Shown here piece after piece: positions 1 to 6,882 of a DNA stretch of 7,358 bases. The notes below the pieces were generated by a model, which was not told the origin of the DNA, did no database searches, and was given only the letters and a program-made list of their open reading frames with translations. The stretch is from Vitrella brassicaformis CCMP3155. Taxonomy: Eukaryota > Protista > Chromerida. The stretch lies in contig CDMY01000983.1 of NCBI GenBank assembly GCA_001179505.1, forward strand, positions 1 through 7,358, read 5' to 3'. Numbering within the stretch: position 1 is the first letter of the stretch; the number at the start of each line of letters is the position of its first letter. The position numbers were made by a program, and so were the translations under genes.

Positions 1-1132
1 CCATGGGCAGCGCATCTCAGCGGCCCGCCCCACCCCGCCCAGTCGCCCCCCTTCTCGAGTATCCACGACAGGCCCAGCAGGTACTTGGGCAGATTGGCCG
101 GCGACACATCTGCCGCATTCTCCATGCGCACGACGTCCGTGAGGCCTCGCGTGCTGATGAAGGTCTCGATCCGGTTGGTCAGGAAGTTGGTGTTGACGAT
201 CGCGCGGAAGGCTCTGCACACGAGCCGGACGCGGCACATGTCGGTGCCGAAGGGCATGTAGTTGGCTACGTTGCTGATGCAGTCGTGTGGCAGGTCGCCG
301 AGGGACCGCATGGAGGTGAAGCCCGTGAAGGGTGGAGGTGGTGTGGACTCCTTGTACCAGAACCCAGAACTCACCTAATGAGACCAGCACACACGCAATA
401 TGGATGCCAAATGGACCAAACGTGCCTCCCCCCTGTTTGCCTACGGCGTATGGCGGGAGGTTCGTGAACGGCGTGTAGACGTTGGGCACATCCACGACGA
501 ACACCTCGGTGCTGCCGATGGCCCTCATGTACACGCGGGTCTTGCCGGCGCCCGCCGCTGCCGCGGCGTACACGGCCGCCTCCACCCAGTCGTATCTATC
601 GTTGACCTTGGCGTTGGGGTGATGGGGCTGGGATGTTCGTGCATGGGGAGCCTCTCATTTTCTGAGGGTGCCCCCCTGTGAGTAGGCGTGTGGGGATAGT
701 GTGTGTCGATTGGCCTGGTTGCCTGTCAGTCTGGTTGATTGTCTGTCTGTCTATCTGTCTGTCAGTCCGCATGTCTGTCCACTGCATTCGCGTGTGCTGC
801 TCATGAGCATTGTTTGTCCATTTGAGTGTCTGTAGCTCGTTATCATTGCATTGCGATCGACTGTTCATGTTTGTCCGTGCCGTGGACCAACGCGTGTGTG
901 GCCCCCGGCGCATCGTCACACATCAGTCATCACCTTGACGTCGGACACCATCAGCACTCTAACGCCCTCCTTGTACCGACACGCACGCAACGCCTGATAG
1001 ATGGGCGGGATGATACAGAGAGCAACAAAGAAGGAATGCACGAAGGCAGGCGAAATCTGTGCTGTGGAGTGCTCTGCTCTCTCATCCGTCGCCCCCCACC
1101 TGCCCATGACGAGAAGAAGACGGCCGCATCAT
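1..1132 (-). CDS. Gene 1: spliced F-box protein with N-terminal beta-rich module, 3' end outside window. Modelled exons 1132-1100, 993-934, 627-445, 374-<1
   Basis: Joining phase-0 GT-AG introns (1099-994, 933-628, 444-375) gives an open frame: MMRPSSSRHGQ|ALRACRYKEGVRVLMVSDVK|PHHPNAKVNDRYDWVEAAVYAAAAAGAGKTRVYMRAIGSTEVFVVDVPNVYTPFTNLPPYA|VSSGFWYKESTPPPPFTGFTSMRSLGDLPHDCISNVANYMPFGTDMCRVRLVCRAFRAIVNTNFLTNRIETF...ILEKGGDWAGWGGPLRCAAHG. The exon 3 acceptor is uncertain (627, or 606 at caag|gtc). Confidence 0.75.
195..305 (-). other. F-box motif of gene 1
   Basis: SLGDLPHDCISNVANYMPFGTDMCRVRLVCRAFRAIV fits the established F-box consensus (L..LP.E/D....I..YL....L.....VCR.W/F..l). Confidence 0.8.
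735..780 (+). repeat. Imperfect (TCTG)n microsatellite in gene 1 intron 2
   Basis: The sequence gattgtctgtctgtctatctgtctgtcagtcc is read directly. Confidence 0.85.
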
Positions 1133-1140
1133 CGCACCGG

Positions 1141-1230
1141 CTCAAAAGGAGAGGTGGTCAATGCGGCAATGCCATCAGCTAACAGCGGAAAGGCTGAATC
1201 AAGGCTGCTGTGCCTGGACCACACACTCAC
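1141..1230 (-). other. Putative 5'-UTR intron of gene 1
   Basis: On the - strand there is a donor tg|GTGAGT at 1230 and a pyrimidine-rich acceptor ctctccttttgAG|ccggtgcgATG at 1141, 8 nt before the modelled start. Confidence 0.5.
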
Positions 1231-1511
1231 CACAGACTGATGAATAGATCTGATTTGTTTTTGCTTGCTGTATCTCCCTTTTGCCTGCACCTGCTGCCCT
1301 CAAGCTCCTACAGGCGGCGAACTCGAGAAATCGCACTTGCGAGCTTGAAAGATGGGCTTGCATTTGTGCCTTGCCTTTGTACAGCTCATTGGCACTGACT
1401 GCTGGAGCGAGAGTGCCCTGGTGAAGCCGCTGTGTCGGCCTTGACCACCATTTCGCCTTCACCGTGGCAGCCTCTGAGCTGAGAGGGCATTGGTCGCCAT
1501 ACCCATAGAAA
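1231..1511. promoter_or_regulatory. Putative bidirectional promoter / shared 5' region of divergent genes 1 and 2
   Basis: Positional inference: the interval lies between the - strand donor at 1230 and the + strand donor aaa|GTAAGC at 1512. No specific promoter motif was identified. Confidence 0.4.
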
Positions 1512-1584
1512 GTAAGCCGCAGATGACCGATGACGTGATGGTCGTTGAAAGTGACGCGTTCATCCCATTCTCCCTTCCTTACAG
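1512..1584 (+). other. Putative 5'-UTR intron of gene 2
   Basis: Strong donor GTAAGC at 1512 and acceptor ccattctcccttccttacAG at 1584. The upstream exon has TAG in the gene 2 frame, so it would be non-coding. Confidence 0.5.
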
Positions 1585-1729
1585 CCGTGTTTGAGTCGAG
1601 CGGCAGCATCGGCAGCAGCAGCATCATCCTCTACCGCTCGGCCGCAGGCAGAGGTGGGTCAGTGCACGTGCGCAGAACACACACCATCATCATGTGCAAT
1701 CGCATCCATGATTCATTCATTCATTATTC

Positions 1730-1790
1730 TATTTGGTTGTTTGTTTGTTTATTTGTCCGTCTGTTTGTTTGTTTGTCTGTCTGTTTGTTT
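1730..1790 (+). repeat. Imperfect (TTTG/TCTG)n microsatellite forming the 3' part of the intron at 1654-1796
   Basis: The tract ttgtttgtttgtttatttgtccgtctgtttgtttgtttgtctgtctgtttgttt precedes the catcAG acceptor. Confidence 0.9.
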
Positions 1791-1811
1791 CATCAGGTGG
1801 CTTCACACTCT

Positions 1812-1994
1812 GCGTGTAGTCGTTACCAGGAGGGCACGCGTGTGCTGCTGACGTCCAAGACGAGAAGGGGTGCCAATGACAGCTATGTCTGGCTCAGGGC
1901 CGATGTGCACCGCACGGAGGAGACCAGCAGAGGGACAGCGGTCTACATGAGGGAGGTGGGCGGGCGCGGCGAGGAGTTCAGAGTGGTGGTGCCG
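1812..1994 (+). other. N-terminal ~60-aa module of gene 2, homologous to gene 1 exons 2-3
   Basis: ACSRYQEGTRVLLTS..ANDSYVWLRADV..TAVYMREVG..EEFRVVVP aligns by eye with gene 1 ACRYKEGVRVLMVS..VNDRYDWVEAAV..TRVYMRAIG..EVFVVDVP. Confidence 0.8.
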
Positions 1995-2249
1995 CACCAC
2001 GAGACCGTGGCGGCTACAGACACAAATGCGTCGACACCCGTGGTAGGCAAACACACCCCAACGCGAAGCTCCGTCGACCCGCCGGATGGATGTTTGTGTA
2101 TGGTGCTTGTGTGTAAATGCGATGTGTGAGCAGCTTTGGGATGATAGCAAGACGGTACAGAGAACCACGCACAGCCACACACAACACACAAATAACGCCT
2201 TCCATTCTCAAGCGGATTCCTTTCCCGCTGTCTTGTCTTTGGGTCTCAG

Positions 2250-2330
2250 GTTGCGGGTTTTGGCGAAGACCTCCTGGCGTCGGTCTTCAGCTTCCTGACC
2301 CCTCCCGAGCTGTTTGGCATATTGCCACCC
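2250..2330 (+). other. Degenerate F-box-like motif of gene 2
   Basis: VAGFGEDLLASVFSFLTPPELFGILPP matches the N-terminal half of the F-box consensus (..D/ELL..IFSFL...EL). It occupies the same position relative to the N-terminal module as the F-box in gene 1. Confidence 0.55.
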
Positions 2331-2488
2331 CATCGGAGCGCCCACCCATCCCTCTCATCCATGCCATCGTCTTCCGCCCTGCCGTCGACCACTGGCGGTG
2401 GGCTGTGGTCGAGGCCCATCAACGGCGAGACCACGATGGCTTCATCTGGCGGCGCCGTTCCTCTGCGTAGCACACTCGCGCCTGCCAA

Positions 2489-2602
2489 AGCACCAGCCAC
2501 AGCAGGGCCGAGAACCACGCCCACGAATCCGTTCTCGGTCGCCGAGGCACTCACAGGGCCAGGGGGTGGTCATCTGTTTGGGGTTGGAGCAGCATCGGGT
2601 GG
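2489..2602 (+). repeat. 114-bp direct repeat, copy 1 (coding)
   Basis: Matches 3304-3417 with 7 mismatches counted by eye. It encodes APATAGPRTTPTNPFSVAEALTGPGGGHLFGVGAASG. Confidence 0.95.
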
Positions 2603-3303
2603 TGACTCGATGGGCGGCGCTTCCAGCGGCACCGACAGACGGAGTCTCTTTGGCCAGGGCGGCGGGGCCTTCATGCAGCACCCGTCCGGTGGTGCCACAC
2701 ACAGCAGCCCCTCCCCCATCCACACGGCAGCCCTTGGGCATCTGTCGGCTTCCCTCCCGCGCCACCCCACCATCCGCCACGCAGCCCCAGTGTACCTCTT
2801 CGGCGGCAACAACCGGACACAGGGGCGCAGCCTCTTCACGGCTGCCAAGGGATCCACGGGGGGAGGAGGTGCGGCGGGCAGACCATTCAGCGGCGCTGGC
2901 AGAGGGAATCCGTTTGGCCAGAGTGGGGCTGCCACGGAGAACGGAGAGGGGGGGATGTTCTGCAGCATGGGTGAGTGGCGTGAGGGGGCAACACCCGTGG
3001 ATGCATGGATCGCTGGCTCCATCTGTGTGTGCATCGATCAGGTGTGGCGGCGGTGTCTGTCTTCAGCAGAGCGTCAGGCTCAACTCGGGGCAGCATGTTT
3101 GGCGGTGCGGCCTTCCGGCCGCAACCGTCAGGCGGTGCCATACAGAGCATGCCCTCCCACTGCAAAGCCACAGCGCCCCGCTTCTCTGGCATCGCACCGC
3201 CCCTCCCTCCTCCAGCTGGCCACTGTGTAGACGTCGGTGAGGAAGAGGAGGAGGACAATCTGCCACTCCCCGCCCCATACGCCCCGCCACACACAACCAC
3301 CCC

Positions 3304-3417
3304 AGCACCAGCCACAGCACGGCCGAGAACCACGACCACGAACCCGTTCTCGGTCGCCGAGGCGCTCACAGGCCGAGGTGGTGGTCATCTGTTTGGGGTT
3401 GGAGCAGCATCGGGTGG
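3304..3417 (+). repeat. 114-bp direct repeat, copy 2 (coding)
   Basis: Matches 2489-2602. It encodes APATARPRTTTTNPFSVAEALTGRGGGHLFGVGAASG. Confidence 0.95.
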
Positions 3418-3469
3418 CCAGGGCGGTGGTGCCGCACACAGCGGCCCCTCCCTCAACCACGCCAGTCTC

Positions 3470-5425
3470 CGTCACGCAGCCCTCTACCAGTACACCCACG
3501 TCGCCATCGACAGCTCCACCGCTGCACACCGCCAGTTCTGGGAGAGCATGAGGCCTGGGGAGGCCTTCCAGCTCGGCAAATGGCTCGTCAACCTGACGGC
3601 ACTCACCCTCGTGCAGCCACGCGTCGAGCCGTCTTGGTGTCTCGACAAGCTGTTCGGAGTGGTTGAGGGCCACGCTGAGGGGCGACGCGAGGCGCATGAG
3701 AAGGATGCGCACCACGGGGTGGACGAGGGCTCGCTGGAGGTCATCGAATTCACAACCAGCACCAGCAGCATCGATGACGAGCTTCCCTCCCCCATTCCCT
3801 CCGACGGTGGCCATCAAAAGGATTGGCAGAAGGCGGGCGACTGGCCACGACGACGGAGGGTTGCACGGGAGCACTTTGAGGCGGACGACCGTGAGCTGGA
3901 GCGAAAGCCTCTGTCCCTCTGTCCTCTCCCCGCCCAGCCCCCCAGCCTCCGTGCCCTCAAGACCGTCACAGGAGCTGTCGCCCAGCACAGTGTGATGGCG
4001 AGAGGGGGTGGTCGATGCCCGGACTCGCCATCATGGACCAGGACGGGTGGGCTGCCGACAAGCTGGGCCGCTTCATCAGCTCGTCCAGGTCGCTGCAGCA
4101 CGTCGGCGGGAGTATGTCGGGTGGTCGGTGGGCGGTGGTGGTTGAGCACTTCCCCAAGGCGGCTGTTGGGCAGCGGGGGCCACTCAGCCAGCTGCGGAGC
4201 ATAGGTCGTGTTGTGCGTCGCATTAGGGGCGGCTGGCTCGGGGAGAGCGTCCAGCAGTATAAGGAAGGAGTGGAGCGACTGCAGGTGACCACACACACAC
4301 ACACACACTCACACACACAGCATACAAAACACACAAAAGGGGCCTCATGAATGCACCTGCTAATCATCCCCTTCTGTTTGTTCTCAGGAAGCGCTCGTTT
4401 CACGTGGCTGCCGCAAGTCGCTCGAGAGCCTCGACGTGTAGATCCCGCCGATTAGCGACTGTAGCAGCTTTGCTGCCGTGGAGTCAGTGGACCGCCTCAT
4501 CAACGAGTGCTGCGTGTCACCCGACATCCCCATCAGTGTGAGCAGTCCCAGAAGTCCGAGAAACCATTTCTCGCCGTCCATCTTCTACGCCGACTACTTC
4601 GACCATTCCCCAGCCCGCGCATCGCCCTTCATCAAGAGGGTCATCCTGCAGGAGGCATCAAGATACTTCCAGTGTGACATCCCTGCCCTCACTCACCGCC
4701 CCGTCGACAGCCCCAGCCAGTCCGCCATCGAGATCGCACAGAGCCTCGACTTCACCGATGTGGGGCAGGTTGAGATCCGGGGTGCACACGATCCCCCTCC
4801 TGGCACTCCTGCCCCCACCCCTGCCATCATCGAGCACCTACCCTCATTCCCCGATGTCGGATATCTGTCTGTTCGGGGCGCTCTCGTCGGGCCGGCGGGC
4901 CGTCTGCTCGCCGCAAAGATGCCCATCGCGCTGACCAGAGTGCTGTTCGACTATACTGTGGATACGGAGGACAGGAGGAGCGTGCTGGAGGGGCTGGGGA
5001 GGGGGAGGCACGTACACTCCGTGTCTTTTGACGGACCGTTGGATGACTGGGCATCGCCGGACTTTCCATCCATCGGAAACCTGAGTGTCTGCTGGATCGG
5101 TGCGCCAGTCAGTACTGGGACACTTCCCCTGTGCTGTGGGTGCACTCCTGCCGTCTGCATGTGTGTGTGTGATCACTCAGTGCCCGACGATTTCCCTAGC
5201 CTCGCCGCTACTCAGATCATACACAACGGCGTGACATCCCTGGTCAACAACGCCCGCGGCCTGATCTGCTTTCATGTGACCGCCTCGCCAATCCCAGCGC
5301 TGGTTGGGTACGATGCCCCTGATCGGCTGCTCCCCGAGCGGCTCGGCGGGTTCACCATTGTCGTCAAGCCGTCGCCGGTTGTCGGGGGGTGGAGAATCGA
5401 GGTGGAGGGAAGGCGTCACGCGTAG
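3470..5425 (+). other. C-terminal body of gene 2 with spaced LxxLxV-type segments (LRR-like)
   Basis: Recurrent segments LVNLTALTLV, LRALKTVTG, LQHVGG, LSQLRSIGRV, LESLDV, LDFTDVGQVEI, FPDVGYLSV and FPSIGNLSV. The fold assignment is inference only. Confidence 0.4.
4291..4320 (+). repeat. (AC)n microsatellite in intron 4285-4387
   Basis: The tract acacacacacacacacactcacacacacag follows the cag|GTGACC donor. Confidence 0.9.
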
Positions 5426-5760
5426 AGGGGTGAGAGGACAGGCAGTGGCCAGGCAATTCATCGGTGTCATGGTACTGTGTGGTGTGTGGTGTTCTGTCAG
5501 GCTGTTTGTCCGTCCGTCGAGAGGCCGCACACGGCGAGACAGTACGACTGACACTGACTGACGCACTCGTGACTGTGGCCTTGCTCAAGCGTTGTAGAAT
5601 GCACACACATCCACACAAGATGCAGAATGCACCCAGGGTGGTCTGATGGACTCGTGGCCGAGTGTCAGGCGCTGTCCTGGTGCATCATTGGACGCTTGCA
5701 TGGGTCTGTGCGGACTCGTTTGTGATGGATGCGATGGATGGTGGACCGCCCAAGTCTGTC

Positions 5761-5784
5761 TGTGTGTGTGTGTGTGTGTGTGTG
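5761..5784 (+). repeat. (TG)12 microsatellite
   Basis: Perfect TG dinucleotide run, read directly. Confidence 0.95.
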
Positions 5785-6261
5785 CATAGATATCTGTCGA
5801 GAAGCCGTACACGACGAGACAGCCAGACTGATAATGAGCCTGATCTGATGATGATGATGTTGATGATGACATGATGGTGGCCGAATGGCGTATGTGAAGC
5901 GGGAAGGGCGAAGCGTGGTGTGGGTGTGATGTTGGTGTGGGTGTGTTTTCTCTACTTCTTCTTGCCGCCGCCGGGGAGGGGGAAACCCTCCTTCGTCTCC
6001 CGGCGAATGCAACAAGAAGTAGAGGACACACACCACACACCACACCCCACCCTACACCGACATAGCAGCAGACATACACACTGACTGACCGGGGAGGGCG
6101 GCAATGAGAAGGCAGGATTGGATTGAATCCACTGGGGGAGTAGGGGCACATGCCCGATGGTAGCCAACACACACACGCAGACTGACTGACGTGACTGCGC
6201 ATGTGGCGTGCGGAGAGGCGCCTGCCTTCCTGCCTGAATGGATGGATGGCTGTCCGTGTGT

Positions 6262-6312
6262 GTGTGTTGACGTGTTGACGTGTTGACTGAACGGACCGTT
6301 CCGTTCCGTTCC
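6262..6312 (+). repeat. Short tandem repeats: (GTGTTGAC)~3 followed by (CCGTT)3-4
   Basis: The sequence gtgttgacgtgttgacgtgttgactgaacggaccgttccgttccgttccgttt is read directly. Confidence 0.8.
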
Positions 6313-6882
6313 GTTTACTTCGCGAATTCGCCTTCCTTGCAAACTTAGCTGGGCCACCACGGCCGCTGTGGCGGGACATAGAGGGAAATCGGATCGTCGC
6401 CTGCATTTACGGATTCCTGCATTTACATACCAGCCCTTGGGGTTCCGAGCGGCGTGATTCCCATGATCACGATCGAAGAGTTTGCAGTCAATCAACCGGC
6501 AATGAATATATAGACGGACACACACCGGCGACAAACAGACTTTCCGCCCCTTCCTCTCACAGACATGGCTGCCGTGCAGACACACACATGTGCATACACG
6601 CAGCGAGCAACACACGTGGTCATCTCCTCTTCCCACCCCTCCCCCCGATATGCACACGTCACCCCCCCTCCCCCTCGTTCACTCGGTCAGCTACCATATG
6701 CGGCAACGGCATCGGGTACGTCAGCTATGGCTACGGCTAACAGGGGCGGAGAGGCTGCACAAAGGGCCCCGAGATCGAGCGGTCCAATCTGCAGGAAAGG
6801 GCAAAGGACCAAACGGACATGAGAACCACCACCCCATCTATCATACCCCCCACCCACCCACCTAGGTGGGGAAGCCGCCAGC

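Larger units (their letters stand above)
2340..3460 (+). other. Gly/Ser/Ala/Pro-rich low-complexity coding segment with xFG and NPF motifs
   Basis: Translation contains TNPFS x2, GNPFG, HLFG x2, SLFG, YLFG, SMFG, SLFT, RPFSG and an acidic EEEEED run. Confidence 0.75.
1591..5425 (+). pseudogene. Gene 2: ~1,080-codon F-box/LRR-like protein, probably pseudogenised. Modelled exons 1591-1653, 1797-2042, 2134-2154, 2250-2970, 3042-4284, 4388-5099, 5181-5425
   Basis: GT-AG introns with consistent phases (1654-1796, 2043-2133, 2155-2249, 2971-3041, 4285-4387, 5100-5180) link the ORF-track pieces 1591, 1545, 2322, 3005, 4015 and 4478 into one protein. Defects: TTG instead of ATG at 1591, a 1-nt deletion at ~4001-4008, and an in-frame TAG at 4439-4441. 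Confidence 0.75.

Noticed and set aside
3-681. + strand ORFs 3..467 and 400..681
   Set aside because: They are antisense shadows of GC-rich gene 1 exons; the - strand frame carries the F-box and the shared module.
1199-1627. 142-aa - strand ORF (MMLLLPMLPLDS...)
   Set aside because: It is antisense to gene 2's first exon and UTR intron and spans the putative promoter. It has no recognisable motif, and its poly-L start is just the reverse of the GCA-rich AAAS codons.
2489-3417. 114-bp repeats as CRISPR repeats, LTRs or transposon ends
   Set aside because: There are only two copies, both in-frame inside coding exons. There are no spacers, target-site duplications or transposase, and the context is eukaryotic.
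4001-4008. Programmed ribosomal frameshift
   Set aside because: There is no canonical slippery heptamer or evident downstream structure, and the gene has other independent lesions.
2246-4581. Many overlapping alternative-frame and antisense ORFs across gene 2
   Set aside because: These are expected in high-GC coding DNA. The duplicated 'MSASATENGFV' ORFs only reflect the 114-bp repeat read antisense.
5585-6657. Long - strand ORFs 5585..6406, 5665..6045, 5952..6176 and 6052..6657
   Set aside because: They run through microsatellites (HTHT, VCVC) with no domain signal. The peptide RRETKEGFPLPGGGKKK* looks like a C-terminus, but no suitable acceptor precedes it.
6857-6870. Perfect 14-bp palindrome cccacctaggtggg just past the gene 3 stop
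   Set aside because: About one palindrome of this length is plausible by chance in 7 kb, and it has no supporting context.
5426-6880. Structured RNA genes (tRNA, snRNA, rRNA) in the intergenic region
   Set aside because: I found no T-loop (GTTCRA) or U1, U2, U5 or U6 signature sequences by eye.
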